A stretch of DNA of 64,000 nucleotides from positions 128,742 to 192,741 of the forward strand of contig CAZMPY010000005.1 of NCBI GenBank assembly GCA_964568665.1, given 5' to 3'. Positions within the stretch are counted from its first letter, which is position 1; each line of letters starts with the position of its first letter. The translations under genes were made by a program, and so were the position numbers. This document shows positions 9,510 to 17,693 of this stretch, piece by piece. The notes under the pieces were generated by a model, which was not told the origin of the DNA, ran no database searches, and worked only from the letters and a program-made list of their open reading frames with translations. This stretch comes from an uncultured Thermoplasmata archaeon. GTDB taxonomy: Archaea; Thermoplasmatota; Thermoplasmata; UBA10834.

Positions 9510-11246
9510 TCACTTCGTGATGTCCACATCGACTATGTCGATGACCTGTTCCTGTCCGAGCGGGTTGACAGACCAGCCAGTCACATAGTTGTGCACGGCG
9601 AAGATCTGGTGCCAGAACAGGATAGGCGCCCACGCACCCTGAGTCAGGAGCCTGATGTGCGCAGCGGTCGCGTTATCGGAGAACTGCTTCTCCGTCGTCG
9701 CGTAGGTCCAGTTGGTGACGTAGTTGTCGAAGACGACATCCTCGTACCACCCTGTGTTGGACCCGCCCGCGGCCCATGTCCCGAAGTGCCAGTCGAGGAT
9801 CTCCGCCCTCGGCCACGAGTACCAGAACAGGATGGCGTCCTGGGCCCCGTCGGCTGCGTTCGACCTCAGCTGGTTCTCGGAGTACTGCGTCAGCTCGACA
9901 TGGACCCCGACCGTCTCGAACTGGGAGAGGAGTATCTCTGACATGGAGACATCCTCGCCCTTGCTCGTGGTCCACAGAGGCAACGTTAGCTCCTCGCCCG
10001 CGCTGTCCTCGAGCCAGTCGTCGGCATCGGTGTCAGTGTAGCCCGCGATCGCGAACAGCTCTAGCGCCTTGTCGACATCGTAGGAGTAGTTGTACTCCGC
10101 CGGCACGTTCGTCGACTCGGGCTCGATCGGCGAGAGGTAGTTGACCCCCTCCTCGCCGAAGCCGTGCCACACAGTCTCAAGGATTACGGACCTGTCGATG
10201 GCGTACCCGAACGCCCGCCTGAGGGAGGCGTTCGTCCACGGGTCCTTCTGGCAGTTGAACTCGACATGGTACGTGCCCTGCCCGGGCCCGGTGATGACCG
10301 TGTACTCGCTCGGGTTGTCTATGTAGGTCTGGACCTTGTTCGGAGGCACCTGCTGGAGCACATCGATCGCACCGCTCTCGAACCCTGCGAACCTGGCCGC
10401 CTGGTCCGGGATGATCCTGTAGATGATCTTGTCGATCTTAGCGGCTCCCTGGTTCTCGTACCAGGGCGCACCCCAGCTGTAGTCCGGGTTCTTAACGAGC
10501 GTGACATGGTCGTTCGCCACCCACTCATCGAGCATGAACGGCCCCGTCCCGACGACCTTGTGGTCGACGGTGCCGTAGTTCTCGAGGCCGTCGGACTCGA
10601 GCGCGTCCGGGCCCATCATCGAGCCGTACAGGTGCGACAGGTTGAACTGCAGGGCGACATCCGCCCATGTCAGGTTCAGGACCATGTTGTAGGCGTCCTT
10701 GCACCAGATGCCCGCGTCAGGCCAGCCCGTCTTGTTCTCGCAGCCGTAGACGGCCCAGAACTCGTACTGGACCCAGCTGTCTTCGTTCGAGTAGTAGTTG
10801 ATGATCCTCTTCACGGCGTCCGTGTCGAACGGGAGCCCGTCATGGAAGGTCACGCCCTGCTGGAGCCGGATCTCGAATGTCGGGTGGTCCGGATCGGTCG
10901 TGTTCAGGTTCCACCATTCCGCGAGCCCGGGTCGGAACGCGCCCGTCAGGTCCCTGGTGATCAGTGTCTCGTAGATCATCCCCGGAGGGCCGTACATGGC
11001 GCTGGTCTTAGCAGGGTCCATGGTCTCGACGTTCGAGCTCATGGCGATCACGAGGACCTTCTCGTCGCTCGTCCCCCCTATGAGTCCCGCTGCCCATGCG
11101 CCGGCAATCCCGGCGACGATCAGTACAACCACTATGACTGCGACCCACACCATCGTGCCCTTAGGCCTCGATGACGCGCGCGCAGGAGCCACTATCTCGG
11201 TCTTCTGCTGTTCTGAAGAAGTCCCCACTACGATCCCCCTGATCAA
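9510..11246 (-). CDS. ABC transporter substrate-binding protein, family 5 (peptide/nickel type), membrane-anchored
   Basis: 578-aa ORF. Family-5 SBP-like core (GTGPFMLDEWVANDHVTLVKNPDYSWG). N-terminal anchor MVWVAVIVVVLIVAGIAGAWAAG, so the real start may be ATG 11153 rather than TTG 11246. Confidence 0.85.
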   Translation of the reverse strand: MIRGIVVGTSSEQQKTEIVAPARASSRPKGTMVWVAVIVVVLIVAGIAGAWAAGLIGGTSDEKVLVIAMSSNVETMDPAKTSAMYGPPGMIYETLITRDLTGAFRPGLAEWWNLNTTDPDHPTFEIRLQQGVTFHDGLPFDTDAVKRIINYYSNEDSWVQYEFWAVYGCENKTGWPDAGIWCKDAYNMVLNLTWADVALQFNLSHLYGSMMGPDALESDGLENYGTVDHKVVGTGPFMLDEWVANDHVTLVKNPDYSWGAPWYENQGAAKIDKIIYRIIPDQAARFAGFESGAIDVLQQVPPNKVQTYIDNPSEYTVITGPGQGTYHVEFNCQKDPWTNASLRRAFGYAIDRSVILETVWHGFGEEGVNYLSPIEPESTNVPAEYNYSYDVDKALELFAIAGYTDTDADDWLEDSAGEELTLPLWTTSKGEDVSMSEILLSQFETVGVHVELTQYSENQLRSNAADGAQDAILFWYSWPRAEILDWHFGTWAAGGSNTGWYEDVVFDNYVTNWTYATTEKQFSDNATAAHIRLLTQGAWAPILFWHQIFAVHNYVTGWSVNPLGQEQVIDIVDVDITK

Positions 11247-11531
11247 TGGAGAAACAGTCCGTGGGATGCGGCCAAACGGCCATGCTCACACTCACATCCC
11301 CCGGCGGCTCCCCCTAAGCTGTTCCGAAATCAACTACTCGGTATAAAGGAGTTCCCCCTTAGTCTGACCACAAGACATCTGGCTCCTGGATGGGCGTCTT
11401 GCCTGGACCGCCACTGGCGGCGGTCGAGAACCCGATCAGCGGCCCGGCCTCACCCGCCAGTACACACTCACATCGGAAGAAAGAATCATACGCGCGCAAA
11501 GCCTCCGCCACCTCCGAGGTGTGTCTCGGGC

Positions 11532-12920
11532 ATGGACTCGGAAGACCAGAAACGGTACGCGCTCACACTCGCCCTCCTCAGCGCGTTCCTGACCCCGTTC
11601 ATGTCGTCCTCGATCAACGTCGCCCTCCCGGCGATCTCGGACGAGTTCGGCATGACAGCGGTGAGGCTCAGCTGGGTCGCGACATCGTACCTGCTCGCGG
11701 CCGCGGCGTTCCTCCTGCCCTTCGGGAGGGTGGCGGACATCAGGGGCAGGAAGAGGGTCTTCCTCATGGGCATGTGGGTCTTCATGATCGCATCGGCCCT
11801 GTGCGCCCTCGCGCCATCGGCGGACCTGCTGATAGCGGCGCGCTACGTGCAGGGGCTGGGCGCCGCCATGATGTTCGGCACGTCCATCGCGATCATCAGC
11901 TCGGTCTATCCACCGAACGAGAGAGGGAAGGCGTTCGGGCTCAGCGTCTCCGTCACGTACATAGGGTTGTCGGCCGGGCCGGTCCTGGGTGGCTTCCTGA
12001 CATCGTTCCTGGGCTGGAGGAGCATATTCCTCGTACCGATCCCGCTCATGGCAGCTGTCATCTGGCTCGGCTCGACGAAGCTGAAGGGCGAGTGGTCCGA
12101 GGCGAAGGGCGAGAGATACGACCCGCAGGGTTCCACACTCTACATACTATCCATAACCGCGGTGATCGTAGGTTTCTCGCTGCTCCCCGACATCGCAGGC
12201 ATCGTGCTGACCGTCGCAGGCGTGGTGGTCCTCACGACATTCGTCCTCTGGGAGCTCAGGCAGGCGAGCCCCGTCCTCGACATGCGCCTGTTCAGGCACA
12301 ACCGGGCGTTCGCGTTCTCGAACATGGCCGCGCTCATCAACTACATGGCGACCTTCGCCGTGGGCTTCATGATGAGCCTATACCTGCAGTTCGTGAAGGG
12401 CTTCAGCCCCGAAGAGACCGGGCTCATGCTCATGTCGCAGACCGTGGTCATGGCTGTGTTCTCGCCCGTGGCTGGCAAGCTCTCGGACCGGGTCGAGCCG
12501 CAGTTCATCGCGTCAGCGGGGATGGCCGTGGCCGCCGCTGGCCTCGTCGGCATCGCGTTCTTCGGTTCCGGGACCCCGGCGTGGACGATCATCGCGGTGC
12601 TGGCGGTCCTCGGGTTCGGGTTCGCGCTGTTCTCGTCGCCGAACACGAACGCCATCATGAGCGCCGTCGAGAAGAGGCACTATGGGACCGCGGCCGCATC
12701 GGTCGGCACGATGCGCCTCATCGGGCAGGTCATGAGCATGGGCATAGCGAGCATGTTCCTGGCCATATATGTCGGCAGGGTGGAGATCACGGCCGACCTC
12801 GCGCCAGAGTTCCTGAGCGCGTTCAAGCCGGCGTTCATCGTGTTCGCGGCGCTGTGCTCCATCGGCGTGCTGGCATCCCTGGCCAGAGGGAAGGTCCGGA
12901 ACGGTGCAGGGGTGCAGTGA
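11532..12920 (+). CDS. MFS transporter, DHA2/EmrB-like (about 14 TM segments)
   Basis: 462 aa, hydrophobic throughout. MFS loop motif FGRVADIRGRKRVF between TM2 and TM3. Length and TM count fit drug:H+ antiporter-2 type. Confidence 0.75.
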   Translation: MDSEDQKRYALTLALLSAFLTPFMSSSINVALPAISDEFGMTAVRLSWVATSYLLAAAAFLLPFGRVADIRGRKRVFLMGMWVFMIASALCALAPSADLLIAARYVQGLGAAMMFGTSIAIISSVYPPNERGKAFGLSVSVTYIGLSAGPVLGGFLTSFLGWRSIFLVPIPLMAAVIWLGSTKLKGEWSEAKGERYDPQGSTLYILSITAVIVGFSLLPDIAGIVLTVAGVVVLTTFVLWELRQASPVLDMRLFRHNRAFAFSNMAALINYMATFAVGFMMSLYLQFVKGFSPEETGLMLMSQTVVMAVFSPVAGKLSDRVEPQFIASAGMAVAAAGLVGIAFFGSGTPAWTIIAVLAVLGFGFALFSSPNTNAIMSAVEKRHYGTAAASVGTMRLIGQVMSMGIASMFLAIYVGRVEITADLAPEFLSAFKPAFIVFAALCSIGVLASLARGKVRNGAGVQ

Positions 12921-12930
12921 GGACAGCGTT

Positions 12931-12958
12931 GATATAGTTATGAATTATTATCCATAAC
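12931..12958 (+). promoter_or_regulatory. TATA-like box plus inverted repeat (candidate operator) directly upstream of the DUF134 gene; spacing implies a leaderless mRNA
   Basis: GATATAG at 12931-12937 is centred about 26 nt before GTG 12960. GTTATG (12937-12942) and CATAAC (12953-12958) are a perfect 6-bp inverted repeat around an AT-only 10-bp spacer, in the only AT-rich patch of the 39-bp gap. Confidence 0.45.
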
Positions 12959-12959
12959 C

Positions 12960-13313
12960 GTGCCGAGGCCGAAACGGTGCAGGAGGGTGTGCCTCGACCC
13001 CGCCTGCTGCTACTTCAAGCCACAGGGCGTCCCCATGGACCGGCTGGAATCGGTCAGCCTGGGGCTCGACGAGCTCGAGGCGCTCAACCTGGCGGACCTG
13101 ATTGGGCTCACCCAGACAGATGCGGCCAAGAGGATGGACATCTCCCAGGCGACCTTCAACCGGGTGCTCTCAGGCGCCCGGGGGAAGGTGGCCAGGAGCC
13201 TCGTCGAGGGGCTCGCGCTCAGGATCGAGGCGACAACCGAGCCGGCAGCGGCACCCCGCGGCGTGGGATGCGCACGCAAGTGCGGCAGAAGGACGGAGGG
13301 AATGGCGAGATGA
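12960..13313 (+). CDS. DUF134 (UPF0251) family putative DNA-binding protein
   Basis: 117 aa, GTG start. MPRPKRCRRV...CYFKPQGVP N-terminus and LTQTDAAKRMDISQATFNRVL HTH match the DUF134 pattern as I remember it. Stop overlaps the next start (ATGA). Confidence 0.75.
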   Translation: MPRPKRCRRVCLDPACCYFKPQGVPMDRLESVSLGLDELEALNLADLIGLTQTDAAKRMDISQATFNRVLSGARGKVARSLVEGLALRIEATTEPAAAPRGVGCARKCGRRTEGMAR

Positions 13314-13945
13314 GGTCCGCGACGCTCCGCGTACACATCCCAGGCAACTGGATCGGGTGCCTGTCCAGCACATGCGACCTGTCCGTGCGGGTCCTCAAAT
13401 GCTCCACGCGGAACAGCGAGGGGGGGCAGAGCATCCTGCAGATAGACGCGCCGGCGGAGCTCACGCAGGAGGAGCTGGTCAGGCGCATCAAGGAGCTAGA
13501 GCCCAGGTGCGTCGTCCAGCTGGACAACCTCGGGCCTGGCAGACACCTCGCCACCGTCCAGCTGGAGACCTGCAAGGCCTGCCAGCTAGTGAGCGAGACA
13601 GGGTGCTTCATGGATTCCGCCACGACGACAGGCGACGGGGATATCCAGTGGAACATAGTCGCCCCCAACGCCGCTGCTCTGAACACGCTCGTTGACAAGA
13701 TCAAGGCCCTGGGATGCACGGTCACCGTCGACAGGGTCTCCTTGCTCAGGACCGGGTCCGAGCTGACGAAGGCCCAGGAACACGTTCTGGCGATGGCCTA
13801 CGAGCTAGGCTACTACGAGATACCCAGGAAGGTCACCCTCGCGATCCTGGCGAAGCGGCTGGAGGTCTCAAAGGCCACGCTCGACGTGATACTCAGGCGA
13901 GCCGAGAGGAAGCTCGTCGCGGACAAGCTCGGGCGCATGGCCTGA
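13310..13945 (+). CDS. HTH_10 (Bat-type) transcriptional regulator with Cys-containing N-terminal domain
   Basis: Start ATG 13310 inside ORF 12977..13945. C-terminal LTKAQEHVLAMAYELGYYEIPRKVTLAILAKRLEVSKATLDVILRRAERKL is the archaeal HTH_10 signature. N-terminal half carries CLSSTC, LKC and ETCKACQLVSETGC. Confidence 0.7.
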   Translation: MRSATLRVHIPGNWIGCLSSTCDLSVRVLKCSTRNSEGGQSILQIDAPAELTQEELVRRIKELEPRCVVQLDNLGPGRHLATVQLETCKACQLVSETGCFMDSATTTGDGDIQWNIVAPNAAALNTLVDKIKALGCTVTVDRVSLLRTGSELTKAQEHVLAMAYELGYYEIPRKVTLAILAKRLEVSKATLDVILRRAERKLVADKLGRMA

Positions 13946-14021
13946 GGACGCTAGGCTGACATGTTCGCCGCATCTGGCTTCCCCTAGATACGACCTGGTG
14001 CCTTACAGAGGAGATCACATC

Positions 14022-14408
14022 ATGCCGAAGAAGACCGGTTACTCCGAGAAATCACTGATAGTCGTAGGGACGCATGCGGATGACGACATCGAGAGGGCCA
14101 CCATGACCTTCGCCTGCGCAGGCGCGGCCGCCGCGCTGGGCGTCAAGACGACCGTGTTCCTCACGGTCGACGGTGTGAAGCTCGCACAGAAGGGCTTCGC
14201 CGCGAAGATGCGCAAGGTCGAGGGTATGGCCTCGATAAGCGACCTCATAGACGCCTTCGTCGGGGCCGGAGGGAGGATCCAGGCCTGCGTGCCCTGCGCG
14301 GACTCCCGCGGGATCGACAGGAAGAGCTTCCTGCCAGGCGTCGAACTCGTCAACCTCATGGACTTCGCCTCCGCGATGATCGAGGCGGACAAGGTCTACA
14401 GCTGCTGA
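14022..14408 (+). CDS. DsrE/DsrF-like family protein
   Basis: Start ATG 14022 (GAGGAG upstream). SLIVVGTHADDDIERATMTFACAGAAAALG...TVFLTVDGV...ACVPCADSRGI resembles the DsrE/DrsE sulfur-relay fold with a conserved Cys. Confidence 0.6.
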   Translation: MPKKTGYSEKSLIVVGTHADDDIERATMTFACAGAAAALGVKTTVFLTVDGVKLAQKGFAAKMRKVEGMASISDLIDAFVGAGGRIQACVPCADSRGIDRKSFLPGVELVNLMDFASAMIEADKVYSC

Positions 14409-14422
14409 GGGGAGCTGGACCG

Positions 14423-15289
14423 ATGACGGGGCAGTGTGGGAGCGGAAAGAGCGGGAAATGCCAGACGGACATCGGCCGGGTACCGGCGGTGTCCGCGGCG
14501 GAGAACCTGGCGAAGACCAGGCACAAGATCATAGTCATGAGCGGCAAGGGAGGTGTCGGCAAGTCCACGGTCGCTGTGAACCTCGCGACCGCGCTCTCCA
14601 GGAGAGGGTTCGTGGTCGGGCTGCTGGACGCGGACATGCACGGCCCGAGCGTGCCGAAGCTGCTCGGGCTGCCGGACCTGCCGCTGGCGGTCGATGAGAA
14701 GGGCAGGATACAGCCTGTGCACGTGCCCCCATCGATGAAGGTCGTGTCGATAGCGTTCCTGCTCCATGACCGGGACGCCCCGGTCATATGGCGCGGGCCG
14801 CTGAAGATGGGCGCAATCAAGCAGTTCCTAGAAGAGGTCGAGTGGGGCGCCCTCGACTACCTGATAATCGACCTGCCCCCGGGGACCGGGGACGAGCCGC
14901 TGAGCGTGGCCCAGCTGGTCCCGGCCCCCGACGGGGCGCTGATCGTGACGACGCCGCAGGATGTGGCGCTCCTGAGCGTGAGGAAGTCCATCAACTTCGC
15001 GAAGGCCATGGGCCTGCCCGTGATCGGACTCGTGGAGAACATGGACGGCTTCCTCTGCCCCCATTGCGGCAAGGAGGTCGAGCTGTTCGTCGGAGGAGGC
15101 GCGAAGACCGCCTCCGAGGATTTCTCCGTGCCCCTGCTGGGGAAGATACCGTTCGACCCTGCGGTCTCGAAGAGCGGGGACGATGGCAAGCCATTCGTCC
15201 TCTCGTCCGGGAGCCGGCCCGCGAAGGCGTTCGACGCCATCGCGGATAAGGTCGTCTCGCTGACTGAGAAGGCAAAGGGGGGGCATTGA
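14423..15289 (+). CDS. Mrp/NBP35/ApbC-family iron-sulfur cluster carrier ATPase
   Basis: 288 aa. Deviant Walker A SGKGGVGKST. Mrp signature WGALDYLIIDLPPGTGDE. Cluster-bridging CPHCG motif. N-terminal extra cysteines (CGSGKSGKC), NBP35-like. Confidence 0.85.
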   Translation: MTGQCGSGKSGKCQTDIGRVPAVSAAENLAKTRHKIIVMSGKGGVGKSTVAVNLATALSRRGFVVGLLDADMHGPSVPKLLGLPDLPLAVDEKGRIQPVHVPPSMKVVSIAFLLHDRDAPVIWRGPLKMGAIKQFLEEVEWGALDYLIIDLPPGTGDEPLSVAQLVPAPDGALIVTTPQDVALLSVRKSINFAKAMGLPVIGLVENMDGFLCPHCGKEVELFVGGGAKTASEDFSVPLLGKIPFDPAVSKSGDDGKPFVLSSGSRPAKAFDAIADKVVSLTEKAKGGH

Positions 15290-15430
15290 GGCAACCGGCT
15301 GGCTGGACACCATGCCAGCCCATCGGGACGGCCCGCCCGTGCCCTCGGTCAGCATACGGATTACCAGGACTTGCGGGGAGACGGTCGACATGATCAAGAA
15401 TCCGACCGAGAGCAAGGGGTGAGAAGAGAT

Positions 15431-15766
15431 ATGCCAAGAGGATTCGGAAGGGGAGACAACTGGAGGCGCAACGAACGCGGCATGTTCTGGGCAGGACATC
15501 CCCAGGGATACGCGTCGGTCGCCGGAGCACCGAAGGGCGCGGCCTACGTGGGCCCATGCCGCTGCGGGCGCGGACCTCGCGCCTACTACAGGCTCGCGGA
15601 CGGCGAGGTCGTGCATGCTGCAAGCCTGCCATACGCTAAGGAGACGGAAGAGTCACGGCCCGAACCGACGCACGACAGATCGGAGACCGAGGTCGAGCGC
15701 CTCAAGGACCGCGTTCGTGAGCTCGAGAAGAGGCTGAAGGAGTCGAGGGGGACCACCGAGCGGTGA
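15431..15766 (+). CDS. DUF5320 family protein
   Basis: Start ATG 15431 inside ORF 15371..15766. MPRGFGRGDNW... Gly/Arg-rich N-terminus with a CRCG motif, then a C-terminal coiled coil (EVERLKDRVRELEKRLKE), the DUF5320 pattern that typically accompanies DUF134/NifX-like clusters. Confidence 0.6.
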   Translation: MPRGFGRGDNWRRNERGMFWAGHPQGYASVAGAPKGAAYVGPCRCGRGPRAYYRLADGEVVHAASLPYAKETEESRPEPTHDRSETEVERLKDRVRELEKRLKESRGTTER

Positions 15767-15784
15767 ACCGGAGATGAGATTCCA

Positions 15785-16015
15785 ATGGCTCCGATGAGAT
15801 CGTTCAAATGCCACGCCTGCGGGCACGAATGGGAGGTCCCTTACGGGACTGGCAGGCCTTCGACCTGCCCCAAGTGCCGCAGCGCCGACATCCACAGGTC
15901 CGGCGCGGACCGGGGACCCAGGGCTGCGTCCGGCGGACGGTGCGGCCCAGGAGGGCCGTCGAGCGATGGGAGAGGGCGAGGGGGAGCGGGACGAGCCCAC
16001 AGAGGTGGAGCATGA
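15785..16015 (+). CDS. FmdB-like Cys4 zinc-ribbon mini-protein with Gly/Arg-rich tail
   Basis: 76 aa. FKCHACGHEWEVPYGTGRPSTCPKCRS ribbon, then a GGRCGPGGPSSDGRGRGGAGRAHRGGA tail. GGAG upstream. Stop overlaps next start (ATGA). Confidence 0.55.
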   Translation: MAPMRSFKCHACGHEWEVPYGTGRPSTCPKCRSADIHRSGADRGPRAASGGRCGPGGPSSDGRGRGGAGRAHRGGA

Positions 16016-16179
16016 CCATCGACCTCGATGACGTGGACTTCGGCTCGAACAGGTGCGTGTGCCCCGAATGCGGGAAGGAGGTCCCACACGCAAAGCGAGG
16101 CGTGCCCTGTTCGGAGACGAGATGCCCGAGCTGCGGAAGCATGATGAAAGGCAGGAAGTGCACGGAAGACAAGGAGTGA
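16012..16179 (+). CDS. Cys-rich zinc-ribbon mini-protein
   Basis: 55-aa reading frame from ATG 16012 inside ORF 15808..16179: MTIDLDDVDFGSNRCVCPECGKEVPHAKRGVPCSETRCPSCGSMMKGRKC. Coupled to both neighbours by overlapping stop/start codons. Confidence 0.5.
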   Translation: MTIDLDDVDFGSNRCVCPECGKEVPHAKRGVPCSETRCPSCGSMMKGRKCTEDKE

Positions 16180-16598
16180 TGTCATTGAATGGAGGCACTA
16201 CACAGGAAACCAAGCACGAGAGGATCTGCATCACGTCCACCGGGCGCACAGCGCTGGACCCGGTCGACCCGAGATTCGGAAGGTGCTCGTTCTTTCTCAT
16301 AGTCGATGGACGCAAGGACGGCTTCGAGGCTGTAGAGAACCACGCGAGGTCCCTCGGGAACGGCGCGGGCATCCAGGCGGCCCAGGAGGTCGCCAACCTG
16401 AGAGTCACAGCGGTCATAACGGGAGACCTCGGACCGAACGCCTTCCGTGTGCTCTTCGCGGCGGGGATCAGGATGTTCCACGCATCTGGCTGTGACGCCA
16501 ACCGGGCACTCTCAGAATACCGGGAGGGCAAGCTCTCCGAGATCACAGCGCCCACCGGGCAGGGACACCACGGGATGGGAGGACACGGGCCCAGGTGA
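16179..16598 (+). CDS. NifX/NifB-C-terminal-like (dinitrogenase FeMo-cofactor-binding fold) protein, copy 1
   Basis: Start ATG 16179 (TGATG overlap). ERICITSTG...PRFGRCSFFLIVD...AVITGDLGPNAFRVLFAAGIRMF fits the small NifX-like family. Gly/His-rich tail GQGHHGMGGHG. Confidence 0.7.
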   Translation: MSLNGGTTQETKHERICITSTGRTALDPVDPRFGRCSFFLIVDGRKDGFEAVENHARSLGNGAGIQAAQEVANLRVTAVITGDLGPNAFRVLFAAGIRMFHASGCDANRALSEYREGKLSEITAPTGQGHHGMGGHGPR

Positions 16599-16623
16599 AT
16601 GGACCGGGGGCAGGAGAGCGGTG

Positions 16624-17100
16624 ATGGGTTTGGACCACGAGAAGAGGAACCGCGAGGAACTGGACACGCTGGTGGAGAACATCTCCAGGATCCTCGGAGG
16701 GGAGGATGAGAAGCTCTACTCGCGGGAGGTCGTAGCGGAGTTCAGGGACGCATCCCATGCCGGGCGGATGCCAGACGCCGACGGCAGCGGCATCGCGGAT
16801 GGGCTCTGCGGCGACACGATGGAGTTCTACATCAAGGTCGCATCGGACAAGATTGCAACATGCACGTTCTACACGGACGGTTGTGGGACCACGATCGCCT
16901 GCGGCAACAGGCTGGCGCGTTTCGTCACAGGCATGGACCCAGACACCGCAAAGGTGGTCACGCCGAACGACCTGATCTCGCTGCTGAACGGGCTCCCACC
17001 AGACCACGAGCACTGTGCGTCTCTCGCGGTGATCGCGCTCCGGAACGCCCTCCGGGACTTCGACGCGCGTGTCCGGGGAGGAGGGGGAGGCGCGCGATGA
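16624..17100 (+). CDS. IscU/NifU-N-terminal-like Fe-S cluster scaffold protein
   Basis: Start ATG 16624 inside ORF 16447..17100. Three scaffold cysteines in the expected context (GLCGDTMEFY, TDGCGTTIACG, HEHCASLAV). Confidence 0.75.
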   Translation: MGLDHEKRNREELDTLVENISRILGGEDEKLYSREVVAEFRDASHAGRMPDADGSGIADGLCGDTMEFYIKVASDKIATCTFYTDGCGTTIACGNRLARFVTGMDPDTAKVVTPNDLISLLNGLPPDHEHCASLAVIALRNALRDFDARVRGGGGGAR

Positions 17101-17258
17101 GGCTCGTCAGGTACAGGTGCAAGGGGTGCGGTCTGGAGCTGCTGGTGGAGGCACGTCCTGAGAAATGCTTCTGCTGCGGTTCAACGGACATGGTCCGCGA
17201 AGGATGGAAGGAGAGGTACAGGAGAATCAAAGCCGAATCGTCGACAGAAGGGAGATGA
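17097..17258 (+). CDS. Cys4 zinc-ribbon mini-protein
   Basis: 53 aa from ATG 17097 (ATGA overlap with the IscU-like stop): MRLVRYRCKGCGLELLVEARPEKCFCCGSTDMVREGW. Confidence 0.5.
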   Translation: MRLVRYRCKGCGLELLVEARPEKCFCCGSTDMVREGWKERYRRIKAESSTEGR

Positions 17259-17262
17259 TATC

Positions 17263-17622
17263 TTGAAAATCTGTGTGCCCACGGGCGGGAAAGGCGGATA
17301 CGATGACATGGTGAGCGAGCACTTCGGAAGGGCTCCGACGTTCACCGTCGTCGACACCGAGAGCGAGAAAGTGAACGTCGTCGCGAACACGAGCGAGCAC
17401 ATGGGCGGCTCGGGCAAGCCTCCGGAGCACATAGCCCGGACGGGCGCGCAGGTGCTCGTGTGCTCTGGGCTGGGCCCCAAGGCCATCGAGATGTTCGAAT
17501 CATTCGGGATAGAGGTCTATGTCGGGGCCCAAGGGAGCACGCGACAGGCCATCGAGATGTGGCGCGCGGGCAAGCTCCAGAAGGCCTCCGACCAGAACGC
17601 CTGCAAAGAGCACAGTCACTAA
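17263..17622 (+). CDS. NifX/NifB-C-terminal-like protein, copy 2
   Basis: 119 aa (TTG start, 4 nt after previous stop). MKICVPTGGKGGYDDMVSEHFGRAPTFTVVD...VLVCSGLGPKAIEMFESFGIEVY. Confidence 0.75.
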   Translation: MKICVPTGGKGGYDDMVSEHFGRAPTFTVVDTESEKVNVVANTSEHMGGSGKPPEHIARTGAQVLVCSGLGPKAIEMFESFGIEVYVGAQGSTRQAIEMWRAGKLQKASDQNACKEHSH

Positions 17623-17693
17623 TTGCGGATCACTCAGCCAGGAGCGATTCTTCGCCGTTTAGAGAAGACAGCCTACGGACCAGCGTGAGAACC

